In this document: piece by piece, positions 1-9,448 of the stretch | Layout: each line of letters starts with the position of its first letter | How positions within the stretch are numbered: position 1 is the first letter of the stretch | Origin: Oscillibacter sp. | Lineage (GTDB): Bacteria; Bacillota; Clostridia; Oscillospirales; Oscillospiraceae | Length of the DNA: 64,000 nucleotides | Direction of reading: 5' to 3' | NCBI GenBank assembly: GCA_022797935.1 | Contig: JAAWLO010000004.1 | Location: 338-64,337 of the forward strand | The notes under the pieces: model-generated | What the model saw: the letters and a program-made list of their open reading frames with translations, nothing else | Databases searched by the model: none | What the model was told of the DNA's origin: nothing | Position numbers and translations under genes: made by a program

Positions 1-822
1 CCGGACAGCCCCTTCAAGCCCGGCGACAAGGTCTGCGCCCACACGGTGAAGCCCTGCGGCGGCTGTGAGGCCTGCACCATTGGCCGGGAGAACCTCTGCC
101 GGGACGTGCGGATTATGGGCACGAATTTCGACGGCGTGTTCACCCAGTACATGCTGGTGGACGCCAACCGCCTGATCCGCTTCCGGGACGACGTGGACAT
201 GAAGCTGGCGGCGCTGGTGGAGCCCTTGACGGTGGGCGTGCACGACGTGTACCGTTCCGGCCTGCGGGTGGGCGAGGACGTCTTCATTGCCGGAGCGGGC
301 CCTATTGGCCTGATTATCGGTATGGTCTGCAAGCTGGCGGGTGCGGCCCATGTGGTGTTGGGGGAGATGAATCCCGTCCGGATTCAGATGGCCCAGGACC
401 TGGGCTTCACCGTGGCCAACACGACGGACCCTGCCGCCTTCCAGGCTGTGTGCGGGGAGGCCACCAGCGGACGGGGCTTTGACAAGTCCTTTGAAATCAC
501 CTCTGTTCAGGCTGGCTTTGACATGTGCCTGTCAGCGCTGAAAAAGGGCGGCGTCATGATTCAGGTGGGCATGCCGCCGAAGGGGACGGTAATGGGCGTG
601 GATATCGATAAGATCATCTACAGCGAATGTGAGCTCCGGGGCGTGCGGCATCATACAATGGCCAGCATGCAGTGCGCCGCGAAGATCATCAACTCGGGCC
701 GTCTGGACCAGCAGCTGGAGAAGCTGATTTCCGCCGTTTATCCCATGGAACAGTGCATGGAGGCTATGGAAAAGGCCCGCGCGGACAAGACCATGCTGCG
801 GGTGCTGATGGACTTTTCCTGA
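1..822 (+). CDS. Zn-dependent alcohol/sugar-alcohol dehydrogenase (MDR family), 5'-truncated by the window edge
   Basis: Frame is open from base 1 (PDSPFKPGDKVCAHTVKP). Structural Zn motif CGGCEAC...NLC and Rossmann GAGPIG; LVEPL motif typical of sorbitol/threonine dehydrogenase-like enzymes. Confidence 0.85.
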   Translation, partial: PDSPFKPGDKVCAHTVKPCGGCEACTIGRENLCRDVRIMGTNFDGVFTQYMLVDANRLIRFRDDVDMKLAALVEPLTVGVHDVYRSGLRVGEDVFIAGAGPIGLIIGMVCKLAGAAHVVLGEMNPVRIQMAQDLGFTVANTTDPAAFQAVCGEATSGRGFDKSFEITSVQAGFDMCLSALKKGGVMIQVGMPPKGTVMGVDIDKIIYSECELRGVRHHTMASMQCAAKIINSGRLDQQLEKLISAVYPMEQCMEAMEKARADKTMLRVLMDFS

Positions 823-992
823 GGAATCCGCGGGAGCCCGGAGAAGAACACCGTCTGGTCACGCTTGACAAAGAGGGTCAGGCATCAGAAACCGGGCGCT
901 GCGGTCCGGCCCTGGAAAGCGAATCGTGTGAAACTGCCAGCTGTTCGGCATCTGCCGGACGGCTGGCAGGCTTTTATGGTAAGCGGCAGCAG

Positions 993-1104
993 CTCCCTTT
1001 TCAGATTCGTGCTGCTGAAAGCCGCTTCGGCCAACCACTCGTTAAAATATCAAAAACGGGCAGCCATCTGTTTATGGATGACTGCCCGATAAACTGGAAT
1101 TTGT
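993..1104. repeat. Spacer module B copy 1 (hairpin plus AAATTCCAGTTT core on the minus strand)
   Basis: ctcccttttcagatt...aaaatatc...gatgactgcccgataaactggaa aligns by eye with 1639-1749. Hairpin cgggcagccatc/gatgactgcccg at 1057-1088. Confidence 0.75.
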
Positions 1105-1113
1105 AATCGCTTA

Positions 1114-1274
1114 GGCCTTGTTTGAAAATTGGCGGAATGCTGGATTGGGGCAGATTTTTTTGCCGGGCAAGGCGATTGGACGAGGGAATCCTGACGGATC
1201 TCCGGTCCAATCAACGCAGTCCTGGCAGAAAAAGATACCCTAAAACGGCGTTTTGCCATTTTTCAAACAAGGCT
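1114..1274. mobile_element. MITE-like element, family A copy 1
   Basis: Terminal inverted repeats gccttgtttgaaaattggc (1115-1133) and gccatttttcaaacaaggc (1255-1273), 1 mismatch. TTA triplets flank it. Internal GGAATCCTGACGGAT is shared in reverse with 19221-19383. Confidence 0.7.
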
Positions 1275-1510
1275 TAATGCTCACAATCTATGATAATTTT
1301 ATTACACGTCTCGCACCAATGAGCCGTTAAAAAATGGGGACGAAGCAAGGTGTCAAAAGGACTCGGCGACAACATGAATGCTCCAACTTTTTTCATAGAG
1401 TTCTCCGAATACAATCTGGGTGCCCGATGTCCTTTTGGAAGAAAATAAGTTCCGCCGCTGTTTCTCAGCTCTCCGCATACCATCCCTGTTCCGCAAAATG
1501 GACATTGCAT
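1274..1510 (-). CDS. Small Zn-ribbon protein, DUF6487 (PF20097)-like
   Basis: MQCPFCG N-terminus and CETCNKIIID C-terminus; GAGG RBS; AT-richer than the flanking genes. Confidence 0.75.
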   Translation of the reverse strand: MQCPFCGTGMVCGELRNSGGTYFLPKGHRAPRLYSENSMKKVGAFMLSPSPFDTLLRPHFLTAHWCETCNKIIIDCEH

Positions 1511-1530
1511 AAATATACCTCTCTCTCAAA

Positions 1531-1749
1531 CACCGATTATAGCACAGGACCCTGTTATTTCAAAAATGCCTTTGTAGAAACCGCCGAAGTGATATCCCAG
1601 CAACACTTCCTTTAAAAGGGATGGCAGCAATCCCCGCTCTCCCGTTTCAGATTGGTGTTACTGAAGGTGGTTTCGCCAAACCAATCGTCAAAATATCCAA
1701 AGCGGACAGCTATTCATTGGAGGATGGCTGCCCAATAAATTGGAAGTTG
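1531..1749. repeat. Full inter-gene spacer (module A plus module B) carrying a minus-strand sigma-A-like promoter
   Basis: 1531-1625 matches 2128-2220 and 1639-1749 matches 993-1104. Minus strand reads TTGAAA(1563-1558)-16-TATAAT(1541-1536) with an extended TG. Confidence 0.7.
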
Positions 1750-1751
1750 CA

Positions 1752-2096
1752 TTACTTATGCCGTTCATTTTGAATAGATGATACCACTGCATAGCTGACA
1801 GCAATTAAGACAAGCACCCAAAAAGCCACATACATCCACATCCAATCAGCAGCGATATAGACTGCATACGCCAAGAAAATGAATCCGATCAATATAAATG
1901 CAAAGCCGGATTGGCGATAGTAAAGCGTTTTGCTCTCTTTATTCTCATCCATCTGTTTGCGTTCCTGTTTCGAAGCCCAAATATAAGCGTTATTGAAAAG
2001 GTATCCTTTTTCTTTAAATTGAAGATAGCTGATAACAAATGCCCCGATACCGAATGCTAAAAATATAATGCCGGTTATCATTTGAACAGGACGCAT
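1752..2096 (-). CDS. Small membrane protein, DUF3784-like
   Basis: Three hydrophobic segments, KGYLFNNAYIWASKQER motif, GGAGGTGG RBS before ATG. Confidence 0.75.
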   Translation of the reverse strand: MRPVQMITGIIFLAFGIGAFVISYLQFKEKGYLFNNAYIWASKQERKQMDENKESKTLYYRQSGFAFILIGFIFLAYAVYIAADWMWMYVAFWVLVLIAVSYAVVSSIQNERHK

Positions 2097-2109
2097 TTAC
2101 ACCACCTCC

Positions 2110-2219
2110 ACGAATTCGGATTTGTTGAGCCAATTATAGCACATGACTCCTGTCATATCAATGTGCCTCTGTGGAAATCGCCGGAGTGATACGCCAGCAA
2201 TACTTACTTTAAAAGGGAC
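2110..2219. repeat. Spacer module A copy 2, cut off by the IS remnant
   Basis: attatagcaca...cctgt...gcc...gtggaaatcgccggagtgatacgccagcaatacttactttaaaaggga matches 1536-1621. Minus-strand TTGATA(2161-2156)-17-TATAAT(2138-2133). Confidence 0.7.
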
Positions 2220-2707
2220 GGGAGTGTCCAAACAAAAGATATTATGCTATAATGAGGAACTATGAGAAAACAAACAATAGAGGCATAGAAGAAATGCCCG
2301 AAATGTGGAAAGATTGAAAACCAGCGGCCGAGGTGTGGGAAAAATTCTGGGAATGAACAAATCCAATGTGATGAATTGGACAAAAAAAGGCCCTTCGGAC
2401 CGAGAAAGCTGAAACGATATCCACAATCAGGGTAAAAACTGTGGAAATGGATGAACTATACTGGTTTCTGGACTATAAGCCCCGCACAGAAACACGGGAA
2501 AATATCTACATTATGACGATGGTAAGCCGGGAGCCGCAGCAGGTGTTTTCTTCGAAAGCTGGAAAACCTTCAAGCTGTCTTAGCTGTTTTCGTACGGGCC
2601 TATAACCGATTCGGGCCTCAAAAGCACCTCTATCGTTCCAGACATCCTGGCCCTTCTGTCCCCTTTTCTGTTTTTGACTTCCTTTAACTGCGTGTTTGGA
2701 CGCTCCC
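2220..2707 (+). mobile_element. Internally deleted IS1-family element (transposase pseudogene)
   Basis: 15-bp inverted repeats gggagtgtccaaaca / tgtttggacgctccc (1 mismatch). Fragments: KKCPKCGKIENQ (Zn finger), GVGKILGMNKSNVMNW (HTH), an A7 run at 2382-2388, VEMDELYWFL (first Asp of DDE), RSRCFLRKLENL. Confidence 0.75.
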
Positions 2708-2723
2708 CCACTCCCCTCCCCAC

Positions 2724-2752
2724 TTGACATCTCGCCCGAGCAATGATAAAAT
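2724..2752 (+). promoter_or_regulatory. Sigma-A promoter of the thrS leader
   Basis: TTGACA(2724-2729)-17-TAAAAT(2747-2752) with extended TG. Confidence 0.75.
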
Positions 2753-2767
2753 GCTACACGGAATACT

Positions 2768-3008
2768 GGCAATGATGGAGAAGAACCGCTTCCGCCGCGC
2801 AGCAGAGAGGGATGTCCCGGCTGAAAGCATCCCGCGTAAGGCCTGCGGCTGTACCACTCCGGAGCCGCCCGGGAAGACCGGGCCGGGCCCTCCCGTTATA
2901 GAGGACACGAGCGGCGGTTCCCGCAGCGGACCGCAAGCAGGGTGGAACCGTGGAATACGTTTTTCGTATCCCATCCCTGATCTTTTTATCAGGGGTGGGA
3001 TTTTTTCA
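2768..3008 (+). ncRNA. T-box riboswitch (Thr)
   Basis: Stem I AGAGA and GCTGA motifs; specifier ACC at 2853-2855; T-box AGGGTGGAACCGTG at 2939-2952; terminator atcccatccctgat/atcaggggtgggat followed by a T-run; located upstream of thrS. Confidence 0.9.
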
Positions 3009-3038
3009 TTTCACCCCTTACTACAAGGAGGATTTATC

Positions 3039-4799
3039 ATGAGCGAAGAAAACAACCTGTATACCTTTGAAAACGAAGCCTACCGGAAAACCTACTGGCA
3101 TACCTGCTCCCACATCCTGGCCCAGGCCGTGAAGCGCCTCTATCCCGAAGTGAAGCTGGCAATCGGTCCCTCCATTGACGAGGGCTTCTACTACGACCTG
3201 GAATCTCCCTTCCCCTTCACCCCTGAGATCATGGAGAAAATCGAAGGCGAGATGCGTAAAATCTGCAAGGAAAAGCTGAAGCTGGAGCGCTTTGAGCTGC
3301 CGCGGGAGGAAGCGGTCAAATTCATGGAGGAAAAGGGCGAGCCCTTCAAGGTGGAGCTCATCAACGACCTTCCCGCAGACGCCGCCATCAGCTTCTACAA
3401 GCAGGGTGAATTCACCGACCTCTGCGCCGGCCCTCATCTGGATTCCACCGGCCGCGTCAAAGGCAACGCCATCAAGCTCACCGCCTGCAATGCCGCCTAC
3501 TGGCGGGGAGATTCCAGCCGTGAAACCCTCCAGCGGATTTACGGCATTGCCTTCCCCAAAAAGGATGAGCTGGACGCCTACCTTCAGCGCATTGAGGAGG
3601 CCAAGAAGCGGGACCACCGGAAGCTGGGCAAGGAACTGGGGCTGTTTATGATGCGTGAGGAAGGCCCGGGCTTTCCCTTCTTCCTGCCGAAGGGCATGGT
3701 GCTGAAAAACACCCTTCTCGACTACTGGCGGGAGTGCCACAAGCGCTACGGCTATGTGGAAATCTCCACCCCCATCATCCTCAACCAGCACCTATGGCAC
3801 CAGTCCGGCCACTGGGACCACTATAAGGACAACATGTACACCACGGTGATTGACGATGAGGATTATGCCGTCAAGCCCATGAACTGCCCCGGCGGTATGC
3901 TGGTGTACAAAAACGAACCCCACTCCTACCGGGACCTGCCCATTCGGGCGGCAGAGCTGGGCCTGGTCCACCGGCACGAGCTCTCCGGCGCGCTTCACGG
4001 CCTGTTCCGGGTCCGCTGCTTCACCCAGGACGACGCCCACATCTTTATGACGCCGGAACAGATGAAGGACGAGATCAAGAATGTGGTGCGGCTCTTTGAC
4101 GAGATTTACTCCACCTTCGGCCTGACCTATCAGATTGAACTGTCCACCATGCCCGAAGACCACATGGGCGACGAGGAGGTCTGGCACTTCGCCGAAAGCA
4201 CTCTCCAGACAGCCATCACCGAGCTGGGCAAGGACTTTGTCATCAACCCCGGCGACGGTGCGTTCTATGGCCCTAAGCTGGATTTCCATCTGGCGGACAG
4301 CCTGGGCCGGACCTGGCAGTGCGGCACCATCCAGCTGGATATGCAGATGCCGGAGCGCTTCGAACTGGAATACACCGGTGAGGACGGGGAAAAGCACCGC
4401 CCCATCATGATTCACCGGGCTTTACTGGGCTCCATTGAACGGTTTATCGGCGTCATCACAGAACACTTTGCCGGCGCGTTCCCCCTGTGGCTCTCCCCGG
4501 TGCAGGTGAAAATCCTCACGGTCACCGAGCGGGCCGACGCCTATGCCAGCGAAGTCCGGGAGGCTCTGGACCAGAAGGGCTTCCGGGTGGAAGCCGACCT
4601 GCGCAACGAGAAGATCGGCAAGAAAATCCGGGAGGCCACGCTGGAAAAAACCCCCTACATGCTGGTGGTGGGCGACCGGGATATCGAAAACCGGACGGTC
4701 TCTGTCCGTACCCGCTCCGGTGAGGACCTGGGGGCCATGTCCCTGGAGGATTTCGCCGCCAGACTGCGCACGGAAACCGATACCAAGGCCATTTCCTAA
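3039..4799 (+). CDS. thrS: Threonine--tRNA ligase
   Basis: HTCSHILAQAV, DLCAGPH, KPMNCPG, HRHELSGALHGLFRVR and GSIERF motifs; AAGGAGG RBS before ATG 3039. Confidence 0.97.
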   Translation: MSEENNLYTFENEAYRKTYWHTCSHILAQAVKRLYPEVKLAIGPSIDEGFYYDLESPFPFTPEIMEKIEGEMRKICKEKLKLERFELPREEAVKFMEEKGEPFKVELINDLPADAAISFYKQGEFTDLCAGPHLDSTGRVKGNAIKLTACNAAYWRGDSSRETLQRIYGIAFPKKDELDAYLQRIEEAKKRDHRKLGKELGLFMMREEGPGFPFFLPKGMVLKNTLLDYWRECHKRYGYVEISTPIILNQHLWHQSGHWDHYKDNMYTTVIDDEDYAVKPMNCPGGMLVYKNEPHSYRDLPIRAAELGLVHRHELSGALHGLFRVRCFTQDDAHIFMTPEQMKDEIKNVVRLFDEIYSTFGLTYQIELSTMPEDHMGDEEVWHFAESTLQTAITELGKDFVINPGDGAFYGPKLDFHLADSLGRTWQCGTIQLDMQMPERFELEYTGEDGEKHRPIMIHRALLGSIERFIGVITEHFAGAFPLWLSPVQVKILTVTERADAYASEVREALDQKGFRVEADLRNEKIGKKIREATLEKTPYMLVVGDRDIENRTVSVRTRSGEDLGAMSLEDFAARLRTETDTKAIS

Positions 4800-4813
4800 A
4801 CAGAGCGTATAAA

Positions 4814-4849
4814 AAAGAGGGACGTATCCGCTTCGGATACGTCCCTTTT
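4814..4849. terminator. Bidirectional terminator between thrS and glgP
   Basis: gggacgtatccg/cggatacgtccc hairpin with A-run and T-run flanks between convergent genes. Confidence 0.8.
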
Positions 4850-4860
4850 GCTGTCTTAGA

Positions 4861-7287
4861 TTACTTGTGCGGCACGTGCCAGATGTTGTCCGCGTACTGC
4901 GCAATGGCGCGGTCAGCGGCGAAAATGCCGCTGCGGGCAATGTTGTGCAGGCTGATTTGATTCCAGCGGTAGGGGTCGGCATAGGTGGCCGTCATCCGGT
5001 CCTCTGCCTCGCAGTAGGAGGCGAAGTCCGCCAGAAGCAGGTACTCGTCCGCCGGGCTGCCGCCCATGCCCTGGAGCAGGCGTTGGTAGAGGTCGTCGTA
5101 GCTGACGCCGTCCCGGAAGCCCGTGCGCAGGGCGTCCATGGCCTGCCGGAGGCCGGGGTCCCGGTTGTACCACCGCAGGGGAACATAGCCCTCCTGCCGC
5201 AGAGCCGCCACCTCGTCGGCGTGGAGGCCGAAGAGGAACATGTTCTCGTCGCCCAGCACGTCGTGCATTTCCACGTTGGCGCCGTCCAGAGTGCCTACGG
5301 TAAGGGCGCCGTTCATCATGAACTTCATGTTGCCGGTGCCGCTGGCCTCCTTGCCTGCCGTGGAAATCTGCTGGCTGACCTCGCTGGCGGGCATCAGCAC
5401 CTCTGCCAGGGAGACCCGGTAGTTCTCCAGGAAGACCACCTGGAGCTTATCCCTGCAGATGGGGTCGTGATCAATCTGGTCCGCCAGGGAGTTGATGAGG
5501 CGGATAATCCGCTTGGCTACCTCATAGCCCGGGGCCGCCTTCGCGCCGAAGAGGAAGGTGTGGGGCTGGGTGATGGCGTTGGGATTGTCCTGAAGGCGCT
5601 GGTAGAGGGCAATGATATGCAGCACATTCAGCAGCTGCCGTTTATACTCGTGGAGGCGCTTCACCTGCACGTCGAAGATGGCGTCCGTGTTCAGGAGGAC
5701 GCCCCGGCTCCGCTTGGCGTGGACCGCGAAGAGCTCTTTGTTCTTCCGCTTGATCTCCGCCAGACGGTCCAGCACCGTCTTGTCGTCCGCAAAGGCGTCC
5801 AGCTTCTGGAGGACCGAGGCGTCCGAGAGATAGGCGTCTCCGCCGGTGAGGTCCTTGATGAGGCCGTCCAGACCGGGGTTGATCTCGCTGAGCCAGCGGC
5901 GGTGGTCAATGCCGTTGGTGACGTTCTGGAACTTCTGGGGCTCCATGTTGCAGGCGTCCCGGAAGACGTCGTTCCGCAGGATGTCGGAGTGGAGGCCGCT
6001 GACGCCGTTGACAGCCATGCCTCCGGCAATGCACAGGTTGGCCATCCGGACTTCGTTGCCCCAGACGATGGCCATTTTCTCCGTCTTGGCGGGGTCGTGG
6101 TAGAAGTCCTCAATGCGCTTCTGCCAGCGGTTGGAAATCTCCAGGATGATCTGCCAGATGCGGGGCAGGCGGCGCTCCATCAGCGTCTGGGGCCAGCGCT
6201 CCAGGGCCTCCGCCAGAACGGTGTGGTTGGTGTAGGCTACGGACTGGGTAGTGATGCTCCAGGCGTCGTCCCAATTCATACCGGCGTCGTCAATGAAGAC
6301 CCGCATCAGCTCGGGGATGACCAGCGTCGGGTGGGTGTCGTTGATCTGGATGACGTTTTTCTCGTGGAAATTCTTCAGCGTCCCATAGGTGTCCAGGTGC
6401 TTGGTGCAGATGGACTGGATGGTGGCGGAGACGAAGAAATACTGCTGTTTGAGCCGGAGGGATTTGCCCTCCATATGGTTGTCCTCGGGGTAGAGGATTT
6501 TCGCGATTGCCTCGGCCATAGCCTGTTCCTCGGCGGCCTTCAGGTACTCGCCCCGCCCGAAGAGGTTCATGTCCACCGGGTTGGCGGGCCGGGCGTCCCA
6601 CAGGCGCAGGACGTTCACATGGTCGGTGCCGTAACCGGCGATTTCCATGTCGTAGGGAATGGCCGTGACGGTGGTGGCGTTTTCGTTGACAATATGGAGA
6701 TGCCCGTCGTTCCAGAACTCCCGGATGGTGCCGCCGAAGGAGACCCGCTGGGCCTCGGCAGGCTTGGGCAGCAGCCAGGCCGCGCCCAGGTCCTTCCAGT
6801 GGTCGGGAAGCTCCACCTGCTGGCCCTCCACGATCTTCTGCTTGAACAGACCCAGCTCATAGCAGATGGAATACCCCGTGGCGGGAATATCCAGGGTGGT
6901 CATGGAATCCAGGTAGCAGGCCGCCAGACGGCCCAGGCCGCCGTTGCCCAGGGCGGCGTCGGGCTCGGCCTCAAAGATGTCGCCGGACTTGAAGCCCAGA
7001 TGCTCCAGAGCCTCCTTCAGCTGCGGGAGCACCCCCAGGTTGTAGGCGTTCTTCATCAGGCTCCGGCCCATGAGGAACTCCATGGACAGGTAATGGACCT
7101 GCTTTTTCCTGTTCAGCCGGGTCCGCTTCCGGGTCTCCACTTCCCGCATGGCCATAATGTCCCGGAGAACCAGGGCGCTGGCCCGCATCATTTCGCCTTC
7201 GGTCGCCTCCTCGGGGGCTTTGCCGAAGTTGGTCATCAGCTTGGAGCTGAGGGACTCCTCCAGTGCTTGCGTCGTTAAAGGTGTCAT
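4861..7287 (-). CDS. glgP: Glycogen/starch phosphorylase
   Basis: LGNGGLGRLAAC, QINDTHP, KRLHEYKRQ and the PLP site EASGTGNMKF. Confidence 0.97.
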   Translation of the reverse strand: MTPLTTQALEESLSSKLMTNFGKAPEEATEGEMMRASALVLRDIMAMREVETRKRTRLNRKKQVHYLSMEFLMGRSLMKNAYNLGVLPQLKEALEHLGFKSGDIFEAEPDAALGNGGLGRLAACYLDSMTTLDIPATGYSICYELGLFKQKIVEGQQVELPDHWKDLGAAWLLPKPAEAQRVSFGGTIREFWNDGHLHIVNENATTVTAIPYDMEIAGYGTDHVNVLRLWDARPANPVDMNLFGRGEYLKAAEEQAMAEAIAKILYPEDNHMEGKSLRLKQQYFFVSATIQSICTKHLDTYGTLKNFHEKNVIQINDTHPTLVIPELMRVFIDDAGMNWDDAWSITTQSVAYTNHTVLAEALERWPQTLMERRLPRIWQIILEISNRWQKRIEDFYHDPAKTEKMAIVWGNEVRMANLCIAGGMAVNGVSGLHSDILRNDVFRDACNMEPQKFQNVTNGIDHRRWLSEINPGLDGLIKDLTGGDAYLSDASVLQKLDAFADDKTVLDRLAEIKRKNKELFAVHAKRSRGVLLNTDAIFDVQVKRLHEYKRQLLNVLHIIALYQRLQDNPNAITQPHTFLFGAKAAPGYEVAKRIIRLINSLADQIDHDPICRDKLQVVFLENYRVSLAEVLMPASEVSQQISTAGKEASGTGNMKFMMNGALTVGTLDGANVEMHDVLGDENMFLFGLHADEVAALRQEGYVPLRWYNRDPGLRQAMDALRTGFRDGVSYDDLYQRLLQGMGGSPADEYLLLADFASYCEAEDRMTATYADPYRWNQISLHNIARSGIFAADRAIAQYADNIWHVPHK

Positions 7288-7293
7288 GAATGT

Positions 7294-9261
7294 TTACTCC
7301 GCCTTCTTTTTCTTCTTGGCGGCTCCTTTCTTCGAACTGCCGGCCGTCTTCTTGGCGGCCGGTTTCCGGCTGGTCTTCTTCGCTGTGGTCTTTGCGGCGG
7401 GGGCTTTTTCTGCGGCAGGCACGGCCTCTTCAGCAGGGGCTTCTTCCACAGCAGGTGCGGCCTCCTTGGCAGGGGCTTCTTCCACAGCGGGCGCGGCCTC
7501 CTCGACGGGCGCTTCTTCCGCAGCGGGCGCGGCCTCTTCGACATGGGTTTCTTCCACAACGGGTACGGCCTCTTCAGCAGGCGCTTCTTCCGCAGCAGGC
7601 GCGGCCTCTTCGACATGGGTTTCTTCCACAACAGGTGCGGCCTTCTCAACAGGCGCCTCTTCCGCGGAGGGTGCAGCCTCCGCGGCGGGAGCTTCTTCCA
7701 CAATGGGGGCGGCCTCCTCAACAGGCGCTTCCTCCACAGCGGGAACGGCCTCCGTCACAGAGGCGGCTTCCTCAAAAGGGCGCTCCGCCTCCGCCGCCCG
7801 CGCGGTATCCTCATGATTGGGCCAGCTCTGGCCGGTAATGGTGGCGTAAATACGCAGATACTCTCTGGCGCTCCGGGCCCAGCTGAAGTCGCAGTTCATG
7901 GCCCGCTGGCGCAGGCGGCCAAACACGTCCGGATAATCCTTGTAGAGATACACGGCCTCCCGGATGACGTGGAGCATGTCGGCGCTGGAATAATTGGCGA
8001 AGCTAAAGCCGTTTCCGGCGTCCCGCCAGGACTCGCAGGGCTGAACGGTATCCTTCAGGCCGCCGGTCTCCCGGACGATAGGCACCGTGCCGTAGCGCAT
8101 GGCGATCATCTGGCTCAGGCCGCAGGGTTCGCTCTTGGAGGGCATCAGGAACAGGTCCGCACCGGCGTAAATAGCCATGGACAGATCCTCATTGTAGTCC
8201 AGATGGACGGCCATCCGGCCAGGGTACTGCTGCGCGGCCCAGTTGAAGAAATCCTCATACCGCCGGTCGCCGGTACCCAGGACCACCAGCTGCATGGGCA
8301 GCTCCATCATGTCGTGGAGAACCTCGCAGATCAGGTCCAGGCCCTTGTGGGACACCAGACGGCTGACAATGGCCACCACAGGGGTGTGGGCCTCTTCCCG
8401 CAGGCCGGTTCTCCGCTGAAGCTCCGCCTTGCAGCTGTCCTTTCCGGCCATGTCGGCGGCGGAGTAATTGGCATGGAGATGGCGGTCGGTCCGGGGGTCA
8501 TAGAGCTTCATGTCAATGCCGTTGAGCACGCCGCAGAGCTTGTCGGAGCACTGGCGCATGATGCTCTCCATCCGGTGGGCGAAGAAGGGCATTTTCAGCT
8601 CGTTGGCATAGGTGGGGGAGACGGTGTTCACCGCGTCGGCGCAGAGAACGGCGCCCTTCAGCAGGTTCACGTCGCCGTCCATCAGCAGGGTGCCGTCCTT
8701 GACCCATCCGGCGTCCAGGCCGAAGAGCTCGCCCAGAACGTAGGGATTATACCGGCCCTGATACTCAATGTTATGGATGGTGACCACGGTCTTGATGGAA
8801 CGGTAGCGCTCCTCCCGGACGCCGTCGTCCTTCAGGTAAACAGGCACCAGGGCGGCCTGCCAATCGTTGCAGTTGATGACCTCGGGCCAGAATTTCAGCC
8901 GGTCCAGCATCCGGACCACCGCCCGGGAGAAGAAGGCGAAGCGTTCGCCGTCGTCGGCCTGGCCGTAGAGCGTCCCCCGGTTGAAGTACTGTTCGTTATC
9001 CAAGAAATACCAGGTCACGCCGTCCTTCTCCAGGGAAAACAGGCCGCAGTAGCTGTGCCGCCAGGCCAGGTCTACGTAGTCATAGCACTCGAACTTCAGC
9101 TGGCTGCCGTATTGGTTCCGCACCCGCTCGTAGAGCGGCAGGATAACGGCGACTTCCGCGCCCTGCTCCGCCAAGGCGGGAGGCAGCGACCCGGCCACAT
9201 CCGCCAGCCCCCCGGTTTTGCAGAAGGGGACTGCTTCACTGGTCACATACAAAATTTTCAT
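7294..9261 (-). CDS. glgA: Glycogen synthase with a long low-complexity C-terminal tail
   Basis: [22 protein letters not shown] and [14 protein letters not shown] motifs; AAGGAG RBS before ATG 9261. Confidence 0.95.
   Translation of the reverse strand: MKILYVTSEAVPFCKTGGLADVAGSLPPALAEQGAEVAVILPLYERVRNQYGSQLKFECYDYVDLAWRHSYCGLFSLEKDGVTWYFLDNEQYFNRGTLYGQADDGERFAFFSRAVVRMLDRLKFWPEVINCNDWQAALVPVYLKDDGVREERYRSIKTVVTIHNIEYQGRYNPYVLGELFGLDAGWVKDGTLLMDGDVNLLKGAVLCADAVNTVSPTYANELKMPFFAHRMESIMRQCSDKLCGVLNGIDMKLYDPRTDRHLHANYSAADMAGKDSCKAELQRRTGLREEAHTPVVAIVSRLVSHKGLDLICEVLHDMMELPMQLVVLGTGDRRYEDFFNWAAQQYPGRMAVHLDYNEDLSMAIYAGADLFLMPSKSEPCGLSQMIAMRYGTVPIVRETGGLKDTVQPCESWRDAGNGFSFANYSSADMLHVIREAVYLYKDYPDVFGRLRQRAMNCDFSWARSAREYLRIYATITGQSWPNHEDTARAAEAERPFEEAASVTEAVPAVEEAPVEEAAPIVEEAPAAEAAPSAEEAPVEKAAPVVEETHVEEAAPAAEEAPAEEAVPVVEETHVEEAAPAAEEAPVEEAAPAVEEAPAKEAAPAVEEAPAEEAVPAAEKAPAAKTTAKKTSRKPAAKKTAGSSKKGAAKKKKKAE
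7417..7740 (-). repeat. Nine tandem 36-bp repeats (12 aa, xxEEAPxEEAAP) in the glgA tail
   Basis: Translated units [48 protein letters not shown] and five more. Confidence 0.9.
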
Positions 9262-9363
9262 AAGCGAACTCCTTTTCCATATCTTCCCCAGCCTCCGCGT
9301 GGGACGCTTGGGTACCGCAGGGCGGTTGGTGGAAGGAATGCCGCCTTTCGGCGTCCTCCCTTC

Positions 9364-9392
9364 ATTATACCAAAAAAAGGGCTTCCGGTCAA
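9364..9392 (-). promoter_or_regulatory. Internal sigma-A promoter for glgA-glgP
   Basis: TTGACC(9392-9387)-17-TATAAT(9369-9364), just downstream of the hairpin at 9410-9437 after glgD. Confidence 0.65.
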
Positions 9393-9448
9393 TGCGGCCT
9401 TTCAATCATAAAAGGGGGACGAGGACGCCCCCCTTTTATGAAAAACCC

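Noticed and set aside
2724-3038. 105-aa N-terminal extension of ThrS in the ORF track
   Set aside because: It overlaps the promoter and T-box leader; the real RBS precedes ATG 3039.
7417-7740. 36-bp tandem repeats as a CRISPR array
   Set aside because: They are in-frame coding repeats with no unique spacers, and no cas genes are in the window.
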